Positions 19,417-30,293 of a DNA stretch of 64,000 bases are shown here, in pieces (within the stretch, counting starts at the first letter, position 1; each line of letters opens with the position of its first letter). The notes below the pieces were generated by a model. That model worked only from the letters and a program-made list of their open reading frames with translations, was not told the origin of the DNA and did not search any database. A program made the position numbers and the translations under genes. The stretch comes from ANME-2 cluster archaeon (lineage in GTDB: Archaea > Halobacteriota > Methanosarcinia > Methanosarcinales > Methanocomedenaceae). The stretch spans positions 6,410-70,409 of the forward strand of contig JAMJFQ010000001.1 of the NCBI GenBank assembly GCA_023544605.1. Reading direction: 5' to 3'.

Positions 19417-19900
19417 GGCAACACCGCTCATGTCAACACTATCGGCAGTACTTGAATCAATGAAGCACATATTAATAACCTCAATTAACATAAAATCGAT
19501 TATAGGTAATAAGATTTCTGCCTATTACTGGTTATTAGAATCGTACATCTTTAGTTCGGATATGTCAGATAAAGTCATCTTAAGGTACCCAGACCCGTAA
19601 TCCACATGATAACAAGAACGGGCAGTAGACAATATAACAGCATTCCTTCACAAAATGAAACTATGAGTTTCATTGATGTGAGGAATATGAACGTTATGAG
19701 TATAATTTGGACACAGCATTGTTTAAGATTAGCCACTCAGTATACCACCCGATAAAACCAATTTAATTTGCCAAATATATAAGGTTTGCTAAAAAATTTT
19801 GGAAAAAATATCGATCTATGAGATTAACAATAGCCAAAATAGTATTCACTAAACAGGTACTTTCCTAAAAAAAGAACACTCATCTTTGATAACAAAGAAC

Positions 19901-22768
19901 CTATGATGCCTCATTTTTGCACTGTATACTTTCTAAGATTTCCTGTGCACTAGTTTCATCGATATTTACAAGCCAGGAAGTGTAGAGAATATCATTTTCA
20001 TTACAGAACCATGAAAATGCATAATTGTAATTTCCGTTACCAGAGGATGTTTTTACTTTATACCCCCAGTCGAAACCATCCATCATAACTTCTCCTTCTT
20101 CCAGTAATGCGGTTTTTGCATTGTCTTTCATGTTTAGTATGATATTCTCTTTTTGCTCGATGCTAAACGGGAGGTCAGGAAGTGGAATTGCAAGGATTGA
20201 GAACTGCGAATGGTCTTGAGTGTAAAAAGCTTTCATGAAGACATTGCGTGTACGGTGGTCAACATTGATCTGTGCAACATTTTGAGTCCATGTTCTATCA
20301 AGTCCTATAGTGCAATCAATAAAATTCAATTCGATATGGTCATCGTATCTTTTGGTCAAATTCGTAAACGGTGGAGTGATGATCTGATCAAATCTATCAT
20401 TCACGTATTCACCAAGCGCATCCAGGGGTTTATCTGTATTTTGATAGTAAATCGTATTTCTTGCAGTTGTAAATTCAAGAATTGGGTGGTCGTCAGTATT
20501 GATCGTGTTACCGGCAAATTCCTGTACGCTCTTGTCTGATAACCTGTAAGGGACGATCATCTGGTATAATAATCTGTATTTACCTTGTGTCACAAGCACA
20601 TCAGACATCATTTCAAAGTCAGACCTGATATTAGTATTTGAAGCTATATGGTCCCTTATTCGACCGTAATCATATTCAATCGGTTCTGTTGAGCCAACAA
20701 TGACTGCATCGTAACCTACTATCCAGAGTGCAGTGTGCGGGAAAACGCTCTCAAAGGTTGCAAGGAAAATCTTGAAATCTTCGTTGTCCGTTTCATAGAG
20801 CGGTATCCACTGGCAGAAAATGCCTCCTCTTTTTAGATCATCCTTTGCAATTTCATACATCTCTTTTGTAAACAACCCACCTTCACCACTGAGCCAGATA
20901 TTTGATGGTTGAGAGATGATCACATCATATTTTGTATCTTCGGATGCAAGAGTATTCCTGGCATCGTCAATAATAAGATTGATCCTGGGGTCATCCAGTG
21001 CATTGTTGTTATGGGAAGAGAAATGTTCTTTTGTTACATCTATTATGCGGGGATTGATCTCAATTATGTCGATCGTCTTTATCTCGTCGAAATTCGTAAT
21101 GGCGTCCAGTGTAAAGCCGCCACCAAGACCTATGAGCATAACATCATCTATATTGGATCTCGCAAATAATGGTATGTAGGCGATCTGGTATTCAGTAACA
21201 AGTTCAATGGGAACATCGCTTGATTCTGATTTACCATCAATCCTGAGCGCGATATATTCATCTTGTTTAACAACTGATACCAAGCCGTATAATCCTTCTT
21301 CGTAATGTATGAGCTCTATGGAATCTTTTGAGTATTTCCAGGCTTCAACATCAGGCATTTGGGTACCATGATAGTATGCACCCGCAAAGAGCGGATTTAT
21401 TGTTACCGTTGCAAGGTAAATGCAGAGTAAGATAGATGATGCTGCAAGTGGGTAGAATTTTGTCTTCCATTTTTGTTCAGAGTTGGTAAAGATCAGTAAT
21501 GCGATGATAATACTGATCGCAGCACCAATGGCACCCGTTTTTGTGATGCCGATAGTGGGGATCAAAATAAAGGTTGCAAAGAATGTACCAAATATCGCGC
21601 CAAAGGTATTTGTGGTGTATATAACGCCAATGTCTGTACCTACACATTTGAACTTTTTGGATATGATCCTGCTGACAATGGGCATGGTTGTGCCCATGAG
21701 TGTTGTGGGGATCAGTGTGATCAGGAAGATCACAATAAGTAAGGATATAATAAAGGGATAGAATGAGTTGAAATTATGATAGAGCGTAAGGTAGAGGGTG
21801 TCAAGTTTATCGATGAAAAAGAGCATAAAGATCACAAAGAGGCCTATCCCAAGTTCGATAAAAGCAAAGGTCGTGATCGGGTAATTGATCTTGTGCATGT
21901 ACTTACTCATTATAAAACTGCCAATAGAGAGTCCTATGAGGAAGGATGCAGTGATAATGGAAAGTGCATATATGCTTGTGCCGAAAGTGAGGGATAAGAA
22001 TCGGATCCAGACAATTTCTGCACTTAGAGCGGCAAAACCTGAGAGGAAAAAGGCCAGAAATACTACCCTTTCGGTCTTATCAAGGCCGCTGTTTATTATT
22101 TTACCATTTGTTTTTCCATTTCTATTCGTATCAGGAATACTCCAGTCGAAATCCTTGCATATTGTATAGAGGTAAATGCCTAACAATATGTTAATCGAAG
22201 CTGTTAACATAATGGTCTTGTTTATCCCTATCGCAGGCAGAAGTATGAAACCTGCTCCAAGAGCGCCTATAGCAGCAAAGATAGTGTCAATGGAATATAC
22301 TATTCCAACGTCTTCTCCTATTGTTTTTATCCTATGGGCATAGATACGGTTCATGATCGGGAATGAACCTCCAATTAAACTTGTAGGTATGATCAGGACA
22401 ACGAATGACAGGACAAAGAGCATGATGCTCATAAAAGGAGTGGCATGAAAAACATCATGGATCAATACATACGGTATTGGAAGCAGTTTAAACATGAGAA
22501 TAACGAAAAGTGCGGATATACCCAATGCTGTCGTGACATATGCTAACAACCTGACAGGGTTTCTGCTTTTATCTGCATATTCACCCAGTACATAGCTTCC
22601 AAGTGCAAGCCCTGCCATGAAGCAGGAGATTACAGCTCCGGTTGCCTGTATGGATGTACCGAATACGTAGGAAAAATTCTTTATCCAGCTTATTTGGTAG
22701 ATCAGCGATGCCATATTTATCATGGCAAAAACGAGCAGGATTAGTCTAACGTTTTTCATTTTCCACAC
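19901..22768 (-). CDS. Polytopic membrane protein fused to a spermidine-synthase-like (class I MTase fold) domain plus an unknown C-terminal domain
   Basis: 955 aa. The first ~460 aa are stacked hydrophobic helices. The middle carries VMLIGLGGGFTLDAI...IDIIEINPRIIDV...IIDDARN...YDVIISQPSNIW (SpeE-like). The last ~230 aa have no motif I recognise. An alternative ATG start is at 22759. Confidence 0.8.
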   Translation of the reverse strand: MWKMKNVRLILLVFAMINMASLIYQISWIKNFSYVFGTSIQATGAVISCFMAGLALGSYVLGEYADKSRNPVRLLAYVTTALGISALFVILMFKLLPIPYVLIHDVFHATPFMSIMLFVLSFVVLIIPTSLIGGSFPIMNRIYAHRIKTIGEDVGIVYSIDTIFAAIGALGAGFILLPAIGINKTIMLTASINILLGIYLYTICKDFDWSIPDTNRNGKTNGKIINSGLDKTERVVFLAFFLSGFAALSAEIVWIRFLSLTFGTSIYALSIITASFLIGLSIGSFIMSKYMHKINYPITTFAFIELGIGLFVIFMLFFIDKLDTLYLTLYHNFNSFYPFIISLLIVIFLITLIPTTLMGTTMPIVSRIISKKFKCVGTDIGVIYTTNTFGAIFGTFFATFILIPTIGITKTGAIGAAISIIIALLIFTNSEQKWKTKFYPLAASSILLCIYLATVTINPLFAGAYYHGTQMPDVEAWKYSKDSIELIHYEEGLYGLVSVVKQDEYIALRIDGKSESSDVPIELVTEYQIAYIPLFARSNIDDVMLIGLGGGFTLDAITNFDEIKTIDIIEINPRIIDVTKEHFSSHNNNALDDPRINLIIDDARNTLASEDTKYDVIISQPSNIWLSGEGGLFTKEMYEIAKDDLKRGGIFCQWIPLYETDNEDFKIFLATFESVFPHTALWIVGYDAVIVGSTEPIEYDYGRIRDHIASNTNIRSDFEMMSDVLVTQGKYRLLYQMIVPYRLSDKSVQEFAGNTINTDDHPILEFTTARNTIYYQNTDKPLDALGEYVNDRFDQIITPPFTNLTKRYDDHIELNFIDCTIGLDRTWTQNVAQINVDHRTRNVFMKAFYTQDHSQFSILAIPLPDLPFSIEQKENIILNMKDNAKTALLEEGEVMMDGFDWGYKVKTSSGNGNYNYAFSWFCNENDILYTSWLVNIDETSAQEILESIQCKNEAS

Positions 22769-22967
22769 ATCTTGGTCCGAAGATTATAATTCGGATGGTT
22801 TGTGGGATTATACTATATTAGGTTAACGCCGTTAACACTCGATGATGGTGTTGTGGCATAAAAAATTAAAACAATCAAAACAGCATTGTCATTTCATTAC
22901 ATTTAGCATAATTTACCCAATTTGTACCAGACTTAATGGTATCTCAAGGACTGAAAGTGCCAAACAC

Positions 22968-22975
22968 TTATATAC
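22968..22975 (+). promoter_or_regulatory. Candidate TATA box for the DUF171/ribosomal-protein operon
   Basis: TTATATAC centred about 33 nt upstream of the ATG at 23005. This would place a TSS a few nt before the start codon. Sequence pattern only. Confidence 0.3.
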
Positions 22976-23004
22976 TGCAACCGCATCATTTGCGGAAAGT
23001 ATAG

Positions 23005-23898
23005 ATGATACCTTCACCAGCGATCAAACAACAGTCAGACCTGACAATTCTCATACCATCATCCCTGACATCAGAGACAAGGGATGAGAGGATAAGGACA
23101 TACAAGGTCGGCCAGATCGCCAGGGCGGCATCGGTGTTTCGGGTCAGTAAGATAATCATCTACCGCGACCCCCAGTTCGATGATAGCAGGTTCATTGACC
23201 TGCTGTTGAGATATGCAGAAACTCCACAGTATCTGCGAAAACATCTATTCCCGCTCCAGAAGGAACTTAAGTACGCCGGAATATTACCTCCGCTGCGTAC
23301 TCAACATCATCCAAAAGCATCAAGATCATCTGATCTCAGCGATGGAGAATTCCGCGTTGGGGTCGTGGTCCCCGGACCAAAGAAGAGCGAGAAAAAAGTC
23401 GGATCTGACGCAGGCACATGGGTCGATATCGGAATCGATAGCCCGGTTCCCATCAAGTCCTCCCTTCGGGGGGTGCAAATGGGCAAGCGTGTTAATGTCA
23501 GGATCTTTTCGCGACGACCGATACAAGGTGAACTTGTAGAAACGGACGACATCCCTCTCTATTGGGGATACCGAACAATAGTGGAAAATAGCCTTGCAGG
23601 GGCACTGGATAACATATCCAGACAGGATACCCTGATGTTGGCCACCTCACGAAAGGGAAAGGTACTTGATACCCCAGCCCTCGAGGAATTGGGCAGACAG
23701 GTGAGGTTAAAATCACATACTGTTGTGGTATTCGGATCTCCCAGTGAGGGCGTGGAGTCTATATTAGCACGAGATGGCATAGACCTCTCAAAATTTCAGT
23801 GTGAATCACTGAATACCGTACCCGGTCAGGGCACAGCAACAGTACGGACAGAAGAGGCCGTATGGGTGACACTGTCTCTGTTGAACCTGGTCAGGTAG
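23005..23898 (+). CDS. SPOUT-superfamily putative RNA methyltransferase (DUF171 / Methyltrn_RNA_3)
   Basis: 297 aa: LTILIPSSL, YKVGQIARAASVFRVSKIIIY, ETPQYLRKHLFP...AGILPPLRTQHH. The position directly upstream of rpl3 is typical in archaea. Confidence 0.8.
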   Translation: MIPSPAIKQQSDLTILIPSSLTSETRDERIRTYKVGQIARAASVFRVSKIIIYRDPQFDDSRFIDLLLRYAETPQYLRKHLFPLQKELKYAGILPPLRTQHHPKASRSSDLSDGEFRVGVVVPGPKKSEKKVGSDAGTWVDIGIDSPVPIKSSLRGVQMGKRVNVRIFSRRPIQGELVETDDIPLYWGYRTIVENSLAGALDNISRQDTLMLATSRKGKVLDTPALEELGRQVRLKSHTVVVFGSPSEGVESILARDGIDLSKFQCESLNTVPGQGTATVRTEEAVWVTLSLLNLVR

Positions 23899-23959
23899 GG
23901 TTGCAGCGTTAATACATCGCGATAGAAATGCATATTCCAGGAGATAAAGGAGGAAAACA

Positions 23960-24976
23960 ATGGCAAACGTACATAGACCAAGGCGAGGTTCACTGGCTTT
24001 CAGTCCCAGAAAAAGGGCAAAGAGTCAGGTGCCTACGGTAAGATCTTGGTCCACAAGTAATGGAGAGCCCAAAATGGGCGGTTTTGCAGGATATAAGGTC
24101 GGTATGAGCCATGTGATAATGATGGATGATATGCCGAAAAGCCTTACAGCAGGCATGGAGATATCAGTACCGGTAACAGTGCTTGAAGTACCCGCCATGA
24201 AGATAGCCGCTGTCAGGGCATACAGTAAAAAGGGACCTTACGGCACAAAGATATTGGGTGAGGCAATATCCAATGAACTTGACCCGATACTGGACCGTAA
24301 ACTTTTCAGACCTAAAAAAGCCAACCCGGAAAAAGGTCTCGCCAGTATTGAGAAACTGGTGGAAGAGGGAGCTGTGGAAAATATTCATGTTATTTCTTAT
24401 ACCCTGCCATCCCTGTTATCAGGAGTACCGACGAAAAAACCTGATGTGATGGAGAACAGGATTGTTGGCGGAGACATGGCTGCGAGGTTTGAATATGCAA
24501 AATCCATTATGGGCAAGTCGGTAACAGTTTCTGATGTTTTTGATTCAGGTGACATTGTTGACACTTTAGCCATAACCAAGGGCAAAGGTACACAGGGGCC
24601 CGTTAAAAGATGGCATATCAACCTGATGAAAAACAAGCACAGCAGGCAGGGCAGTCTTCGGCAGGTAGGAACGCTGGGACCGTGGAACCCATCCAGGGTT
24701 AGCTGGCGAGTACCCCAACTGGGCCAGACCGGTTACCACCAGAGGACAGAGTATAATAAACGCATTCTTAAAATCGGTGAGAATGTTGAAGAAGTAACTC
24801 CTGCAGGTGGATTCCTGAAATATGGGAAGTTGAACAACGAATATCTGCTGATCAAAGGCAGCGTCCCTGGTCCTAAAAAGCGTCTTATCAGGTTAAGACC
24901 GGCTATCAGGGCCGAAACCAGGAATACTGGAATGCCACAGATCACACACATCAGTGTGGAGTCCAAACAGGGGTGA
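23960..24976 (+). CDS. rpl3: 50S ribosomal protein L3 (uL3)
   Basis: [21 protein letters not shown]-terminus, GGAGG RBS upstream, first gene of the conserved L3-L4-L23-L2 order. Confidence 0.95.
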   Translation: MANVHRPRRGSLAFSPRKRAKSQVPTVRSWSTSNGEPKMGGFAGYKVGMSHVIMMDDMPKSLTAGMEISVPVTVLEVPAMKIAAVRAYSKKGPYGTKILGEAISNELDPILDRKLFRPKKANPEKGLASIEKLVEEGAVENIHVISYTLPSLLSGVPTKKPDVMENRIVGGDMAARFEYAKSIMGKSVTVSDVFDSGDIVDTLAITKGKGTQGPVKRWHINLMKNKHSRQGSLRQVGTLGPWNPSRVSWRVPQLGQTGYHQRTEYNKRILKIGENVEEVTPAGGFLKYGKLNNEYLLIKGSVPGPKKRLIRLRPAIRAETRNTGMPQITHISVESKQG

Positions 24977-24981
24977 GATAG

Positions 24982-25740
24982 ATGAGCAAGGCAAAAATCA
25001 TTGATTTAACAGGAGCACAAAAAGGCGAAATTGAGCTCCCTGACGTATTTGATGAGATCTACAGGCCGGACCTGATAAAAAAGGCAGTACTGGCTGCTCA
25101 GGCAAATAGGCTTCAGGTATACGGCCCCACGCCTTATGCCGGTATGCAGACTTCGGCACATAACGCGGGTCCGGGCAGAGGTTCTGCCAGGGTACCCAGG
25201 ATAAAGAACGGTAACAGGGTTGCCCGGATACCCCAGGCAAGAGGCGGCAGGAAAGCCCATCCACCAAAGGTGGAAAAAGATTACTCTGAGAAGATAAACA
25301 AAAAAGAACGCTTAAAGGCCATAAATTCAGCGATAGCGGCCACTGGCAATATTGAACTTACAAAGCAGCGGGGACACAGGTTCGAAGCAGAACTGCCAAT
25401 AGTCGCTGTGGATGAGTTCCAGAATATCCAGACTACAAAAGAAGTAAAAGGATTCATGGAAACCATCAATGTGTACCAGGATGTCATGCGTGCCAAGAAC
25501 GGCAAGCATATCAGAGCAGGCGGCGGCAAGAGGCGCGGTCGCAAGTATAAGCGACCCAAGAGTCTGCTCATCGTAGTGAGCCAGGATAATGGCATAGTAC
25601 AGGCTGCACGGAACCTGCCTGGAGTGGATGTGGTAATGGTCAACAGATTGAATGCAGAACTACTGGCACCAGGAACCCATGCAGGCAGGCTGGCCATCTG
25701 GACCGAATCTGCCATACGTGCAATGGGGGGGGTGGCGTAG
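24982..25740 (+). CDS. rpl4: 50S ribosomal protein L4 (uL4)
   Basis: 252 aa, ...[28 protein letters not shown]..., operon position. Confidence 0.93.
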   Translation: MSKAKIIDLTGAQKGEIELPDVFDEIYRPDLIKKAVLAAQANRLQVYGPTPYAGMQTSAHNAGPGRGSARVPRIKNGNRVARIPQARGGRKAHPPKVEKDYSEKINKKERLKAINSAIAATGNIELTKQRGHRFEAELPIVAVDEFQNIQTTKEVKGFMETINVYQDVMRAKNGKHIRAGGGKRRGRKYKRPKSLLIVVSQDNGIVQAARNLPGVDVVMVNRLNAELLAPGTHAGRLAIWTESAIRAMGGVA

Positions 25741-25992
25741 ATGTCAGCCATCAAACATCCCTTTGTTACAGAGAAAGCGACCTACGATATCGAGGACAAC
25801 AACAAACTGCAGTTCATAGTTGACATCAACGCTACCAAGGACCAGATAAAGCGGGAAATTGGAGAATTATACAATATCCCCATTATCAGCGTGAATACCA
25901 TGATAACCATGAAAGGCAAGAAAAAGGCCATCGTTACCTTTGAAGGTGATACTACTGCCGGTGAGTTGGCCTCAAAACTTGGCATATTCTAA
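25741..25992 (+). CDS. rpl23: 50S ribosomal protein L23 (uL23)
   Basis: 83 aa, IKHPFVTEKA...NKLQFIVD...ATKDQIK. The start abuts the L4 stop. Confidence 0.93.
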   Translation: MSAIKHPFVTEKATYDIEDNNKLQFIVDINATKDQIKREIGELYNIPIISVNTMITMKGKKKAIVTFEGDTTAGELASKLGIF

Positions 25993-26007
25993 GGAGAGGT
26001 GAAAGGT

Positions 26008-26721
26008 ATGGGAAAGAGAATAATCTCACAGAACCGAGGAAAAGGGACACCCACATACCGGGCACCCTCCCACAGGTTCAAAGCTGAACTGAAACATTTT
26101 AAAGTTGACAAAGACCAGACGGTCACTGGAGATGTCATTGAGATTCTGCATGACACTGCCAGGTCTGCCCCCATTGCGAGGGTGAAACTTGATAACGGGG
26201 AAGAACGACTGATACTTGTCCCTGAAGGTATTGCAGTGGGACAGCAGATCTCCTGCGGGATATCTGCCGAGGTCAAGCCGGGCAATACATTGCCCCTGAG
26301 CGAGATACCTGAAGGTGTGCTGGTCTGTAACATTGAGAATAAGCCGGGGGACGGCGGACAGTTCGCCCGCTCAAGCGGCGTGTATGCTGTACTGGTTGCC
26401 CATGATGTTGGCAAAAGTGTGGTGCAGCTTCCCAGTGGTGTGATGAAGTGGTTGAGTCCGCTGTGCAAGGCTACCATCGGAGTGGTGGCTGGCGGCGGCA
26501 GGACCGATAAACCCTTTGTCAAGGCTGGCAAGAAATATCATAAGCTCAAAACAAGGGCTGCAAAGTATCCCCGGGTATGTGGTGTGGCAATGAACGCCAT
26601 AGACCACCCCTTCGGAGGTGGCGGATGGCAGCACCCAGGAAGACCCACGACGGTGAGTAGAAGAGCGCCACCGGGCCGAAAGGTCGGTTCAATAGCTGCA
26701 AGGCGAACAGGAAAGAGGTGA
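26008..26721 (+). CDS. rpl2: 50S ribosomal protein L2 (uL2)
   Basis: [23 protein letters not shown]...; C-terminal [12 protein letters not shown]. The ATG at 26008 is preferred over the track start 25999 because GGAGAGGTGA lies just upstream. Confidence 0.95.
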   Translation: MGKRIISQNRGKGTPTYRAPSHRFKAELKHFKVDKDQTVTGDVIEILHDTARSAPIARVKLDNGEERLILVPEGIAVGQQISCGISAEVKPGNTLPLSEIPEGVLVCNIENKPGDGGQFARSSGVYAVLVAHDVGKSVVQLPSGVMKWLSPLCKATIGVVAGGGRTDKPFVKAGKKYHKLKTRAAKYPRVCGVAMNAIDHPFGGGGWQHPGRPTTVSRRAPPGRKVGSIAARRTGKR

Positions 26722-26727
26722 GAAGGC

Positions 26728-27141
26728 ATGGCAAAGAAAACAACCACCAAACTCCCAAAGAGAAAAGGTGAATATACTTATCGCGGAAAGACCGTTAATG
26801 AGCTCAAGACATTAAGCACTGAAGAGTTTTCCCAACTTATACCTGCAAGACAGCGCAGGACAATAAAACGCGGGCTTAGCGATGAACATAAAAAGATAAT
26901 GCAGAAGATCAAGGATGGTGAGACATCCATCAGGACACATAGACGGGATATGATCATACTTCCCGATATGGTGGGTCTCAATCTGGAGATATATAATGGA
27001 AAGAGCTTTGAGAAGGTCGAGGTCATTCCTGAGATGATGGGGCACTATTTCGGGGAATATTCCCTGACGCGCAAGCGAGTGAACCACGGGTCGGCCGGTG
27101 TAGGTGCTACCAAGTCCAGCAAGTTCGTACCTTTGAAGTGA
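26728..27141 (+). CDS. rps19: 30S ribosomal protein S19 (uS19)
   Basis: 137 aa, ...[11 protein letters not shown]...[13 protein letters not shown]...[12 protein letters not shown]. Confidence 0.93.
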   Translation: MAKKTTTKLPKRKGEYTYRGKTVNELKTLSTEEFSQLIPARQRRTIKRGLSDEHKKIMQKIKDGETSIRTHRRDMIILPDMVGLNLEIYNGKSFEKVEVIPEMMGHYFGEYSLTRKRVNHGSAGVGATKSSKFVPLK

Positions 27142-27154
27142 TGGAGGAAAAAGG

Positions 27155-27610
27155 ATGTCAAGAATTCAATATTCAGTTCAAGCCGAACCGGAAACCTCAT
27201 CCATTGCAATGGGACACGAACTACACATCTCACCCAGGCATTCCAGGGAGATATGCAGGGCTATTAAGGGTATGAAGACCGAGCGTGCAAAGCAGTATCT
27301 TGAGGGAGTTATTGCCCTCAAACAAGCAGTACCGTTCAAGCGGCACAATGATAGTATGGGGCATCGCAGGGGTCCCATGGCTGCCGGCAGGTACCCCCAG
27401 AAAGCTGCCAAAGAATTCATCAAGATTCTGGTAAATGCAGAGGCTAATGCTGAATATAAGGGGCTTGATCCCCTGCGGATGAAGATCAGCCACATTTCCA
27501 TTAAAAAAGGACGTGTGATACTGGGTTACCGGCCCAGAGCACGAGGCAGCTCTTCTCCCAAGAATACAGAAACAGTGAACGTAGAAGTGATACTACAAGA
27601 GGTGCAGTGA
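27155..27610 (+). CDS. rpl22: 50S ribosomal protein L22 (uL22)
   Basis: 151 aa, ...[21 protein letters not shown]...AVPFKRHN..., operon position. Confidence 0.93.
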   Translation: MSRIQYSVQAEPETSSIAMGHELHISPRHSREICRAIKGMKTERAKQYLEGVIALKQAVPFKRHNDSMGHRRGPMAAGRYPQKAAKEFIKILVNAEANAEYKGLDPLRMKISHISIKKGRVILGYRPRARGSSSPKNTETVNVEVILQEVQ

Positions 27611-27612
27611 AC

Positions 27613-28617
27613 ATGGGAATTGAGAGAAAGTTCGTACAGGATGGACTGACCAAAGCAAGGATCAACGAGTATTTCACCAAGCAATTAGAACGTGCCGGAT
27701 ACGGTGGAATGGTCATGAACCGCACACCCATGGGCACCCAGATAACGCTTATTGCAGAGAAACCAGGGATGGTCATTGGTAAAGGTGGTAAGACCATACA
27801 GCGCCTGACCAGGGACATGTCATATATTTTCAATGTGGACAATCCCCAGATAGAGGTTCAGGAGGTAAAAGTACCTGAACTTAATGCCCAGATGATGGCT
27901 AACCGCCTCGCAAATGCTCTGGAGAGAGGCTGGTATTTCAGGAAGGCAGGTCACAATATGCTGCGCCGTATCATGGATTCGGGAGCACTGGGGTGTCAGA
28001 TCATAATTTCTGGAAAACTCACCGGTCCTCGGTCCAGGGTTTCCAAGATGGTTGATGGTTATATCAAACATGCAGGCAAACCTGCTGAGGAACTGGTGGA
28101 TTCGGGTTATGCCATGGCAGTGAAGAAATTAGGCGCTATCGGTTGCTGTGTACGCATCGTACCACCGGGCACCGTACTTCCCGGCAAGTTCCATATGCTA
28201 AAAGAGGCGGCTCCTGAAATAACTGAAGCTACCCAAGCCGAGGTCAAGGAAGATATCAAAGTGGTAGTAGAAAAGGCTCCTGAGAAAAAGGAATCTGAAA
28301 TGACCAATATCCGGCAGGTTGGCAGTATATGGGAGCACAGGCATGATAACATGGACTGGCATCCAATGTCCAGACCACACACATCACCTGCAGTGACTCA
28401 ACCAGAAGTGACTGTGGAAACACAACCAGAAGCACAGCCCCAAGAAGTGGAAGCGACGAAAGCTACTCCAGTGGAAACTGCAGCTCAGCCTGACACCGAA
28501 ACACCAGTGGGCGAGCAGGTGCGTGTCCATAATGGTGTTGAAGAACACAAGCATGACGGCTATGATTACTGGCATCCTGTCAAAAGGATGCACAAGGCCG
28601 AAGAGGATGATGCGTGA
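27613..28617 (+). CDS. rps3: 30S ribosomal protein S3 (uS3) with a long C-terminal extension
   Basis: KH domain ([17 protein letters not shown]) and S3 C-domain, then ~130 extra residues rich in E/T/P/Q with two His-rich motifs. ATG at 27613 (the track GTG at 27607 overlaps the L22 stop). Confidence 0.92.
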   Translation: MGIERKFVQDGLTKARINEYFTKQLERAGYGGMVMNRTPMGTQITLIAEKPGMVIGKGGKTIQRLTRDMSYIFNVDNPQIEVQEVKVPELNAQMMANRLANALERGWYFRKAGHNMLRRIMDSGALGCQIIISGKLTGPRSRVSKMVDGYIKHAGKPAEELVDSGYAMAVKKLGAIGCCVRIVPPGTVLPGKFHMLKEAAPEITEATQAEVKEDIKVVVEKAPEKKESEMTNIRQVGSIWEHRHDNMDWHPMSRPHTSPAVTQPEVTVETQPEAQPQEVEATKATPVETAAQPDTETPVGEQVRVHNGVEEHKHDGYDYWHPVKRMHKAEEDDA

Positions 28618-28817
28618 TGGCTATACTACGAGTGGATGAGATACGGAATATGAGTTCTGAAGAGAGACTTGATGAACTTGATACTCTTAACGGCGAACTT
28701 ATTCGTGAGCGCGCTATAGCTTCGGCTGGCGGTGCACCTGAGAATCCGGGCCGTATCGGCGAGATACTCAGGACCATAGCACGGATCAAGACCATACAAA
28801 AAGAGATTGGAGAATAA
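28617..28817 (+). CDS. rpl29: 50S ribosomal protein L29 (uL29)
   Basis: [33 protein letters not shown]. The ATG overlaps the S3 stop (TGATG). Confidence 0.92.
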   Translation: MAILRVDEIRNMSSEERLDELDTLNGELIRERAIASAGGAPENPGRIGEILRTIARIKTIQKEIGE

Positions 28818-28830
28818 TCGGAGGAAATAC

Positions 28831-29166
28831 ATGCAGATAACACCCCAAAACCTCATCCATCATGAACTTATAGGGCTTGAGGCTTCGGTGGTGCACAGCT
28901 CAAATACTGCTCAGATAGGAATTAAAGGAAAAGTGATTGACGAAACGAGAAATACATTACGTATTGATGTGGGTGAAAGGCTCGTTAAGATCGTGCCAAA
29001 GTCCCATACTCAATTCATGTTCACAATACCCGCAAGTGATGGTAGACGTTACCTGCCAGAAACAGATACGCGGGTCCAAGTGGATGGAACTTTATTGCTC
29101 TCACAACCCGAAAATCGCATTCAATCAAAGTTCAAAAAAACAATCAAGCGAAGAGTAAATATTTAA
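28831..29166 (+). CDS. rnp1: RNase P protein component 1 (Rpp29/Pop4 homolog)
   Basis: MQITPQNLIHHELIGLEASVVHSSN...GKVIDETRNTLRI. The position between L29 and S17 is canonical for archaea. The ATG at 28831 has a GGAGG RBS (track start is 28807). Confidence 0.88.
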   Translation: MQITPQNLIHHELIGLEASVVHSSNTAQIGIKGKVIDETRNTLRIDVGERLVKIVPKSHTQFMFTIPASDGRRYLPETDTRVQVDGTLLLSQPENRIQSKFKKTIKRRVNI

Positions 29167-29192
29167 ATTGACGAATATCGAGGTAAATAATA

Positions 29193-29516
29193 ATGACACG
29201 AAATATAGGGCTGGACGTCGAAGCTCCCGTTGAGGAGTGCATTGACATCAATTGTCCTTTCCATGGTACATTGCCAGTCAGGGGCCAGGTTTTTACCGGG
29301 TCGGTCGTGGCCAGTAAGATGGAGAAGACAGTGGTGGTCAAGCGGACGTTCGAGAAGCTCATAACCAAATACGATCGACTCGAGAAGAGACAATCAAAGA
29401 TCCATGCACATAACCCCCCATGCATTAATGCAAAAGAGGGAGATGAAGTAAAGGTTGCGGAATGCAGACCACTTAGCAAGACCAAGACCTTTGTGGTGAT
29501 CGAGGTGACGAAATGA
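29193..29516 (+). CDS. rps17: 30S ribosomal protein S17 (uS17)
   Basis: 107 aa, ...[29 protein letters not shown]... Confidence 0.93.
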   Translation: MTRNIGLDVEAPVEECIDINCPFHGTLPVRGQVFTGSVVASKMEKTVVVKRTFEKLITKYDRLEKRQSKIHAHNPPCINAKEGDEVKVAECRPLSKTKTFVVIEVTK

Positions 29517-29911
29517 TAGGAATGAAAGCCAAGATACCACGTGCCTTGAATGCAGGTGCCAGGCTTGACTGTGTGGATAATACAGGTGCCAGGCAGGTAG
29601 AGATCATATCTGTGAAGAAATACCGTGGTGTAAAGAACAGGCATCCCAAAGGTGGCATAGGTGATATGCTTGTAGTAAGTGTGAAAAAAGGCACACCAGA
29701 GATGCGCAAACAGGTATTGAAAGCCGTTGTAGTACGGCAGAAGAAAGAGTTCAGGCGACCTGACGGTCTGAGAGTATCCTTTGAGGATAATGCCGTGGTG
29801 ATCACGGATGATGATGGGATACCCAAAGGAACAGATATCAAGGGCCCGGTGGCCAGGGAAGCTGCAGAGCGGTTCAGTAAGATCGCATCAGTAGCTTCTA
29901 TTATTGTGTGA
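29513..29911 (+). CDS. rpl14: 50S ribosomal protein L14 (uL14)
   Basis: ...[20 protein letters not shown].... The start overlaps the S17 stop (ATGA). An alternative ATG is at 29522. Confidence 0.93.
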   Translation: MIGMKAKIPRALNAGARLDCVDNTGARQVEIISVKKYRGVKNRHPKGGIGDMLVVSVKKGTPEMRKQVLKAVVVRQKKEFRRPDGLRVSFEDNAVVITDDDGIPKGTDIKGPVAREAAERFSKIASVASIIV

Positions 29912-29921
29912 GGTGTGCTAT

Positions 29922-30293
29922 ATGAAGATCAAATCAACACAACCAAGAAAACAGCGCAAAGCACGCTATAACGCACGGCTGCACCAGCGCCAGAAACTGA
30001 TGAGTGCCCCCCTGTCCCCCGAGTTGCGGGTTAAATACAATAAGCGCAATCTCCCAGTAAGGAAAGGGGACACGGTCATGGTCATGCGAGGGGACCATAC
30101 TGGTACTGAAGGGAAGGTGGAACTGATAGACCTGAAACACATTACTGTTGTGGTTGAGGGTGTTAGTGTGCCAAAGGCTGACGGTACAGAAGTGCCCAGG
30201 CCTGTACACCCATCCAACGTGATGATAACCAAGCTGGACCTTAATGACGAGATAAGAGAACTAACACTTTCACGAGGAGGCGAAGAACAGTGA
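29922..30293 (+). CDS. rpl24: 50S ribosomal protein L24 (uL24)
   Basis: [18 protein letters not shown]...[21 protein letters not shown] (KOW motif). The ATG at 29922 is preferred over the track start 29904. Confidence 0.92.
   Translation: MKIKSTQPRKQRKARYNARLHQRQKLMSAPLSPELRVKYNKRNLPVRKGDTVMVMRGDHTGTEGKVELIDLKHITVVVEGVSVPKADGTEVPRPVHPSNVMITKLDLNDEIRELTLSRGGEEQ

Noticed and set aside
25281-26531. Minus-strand ORFs of 157 and 180 aa
   Set aside because: Antisense to rpl4 and rpl2. Shadow ORFs in a GC-richer, highly expressed region.
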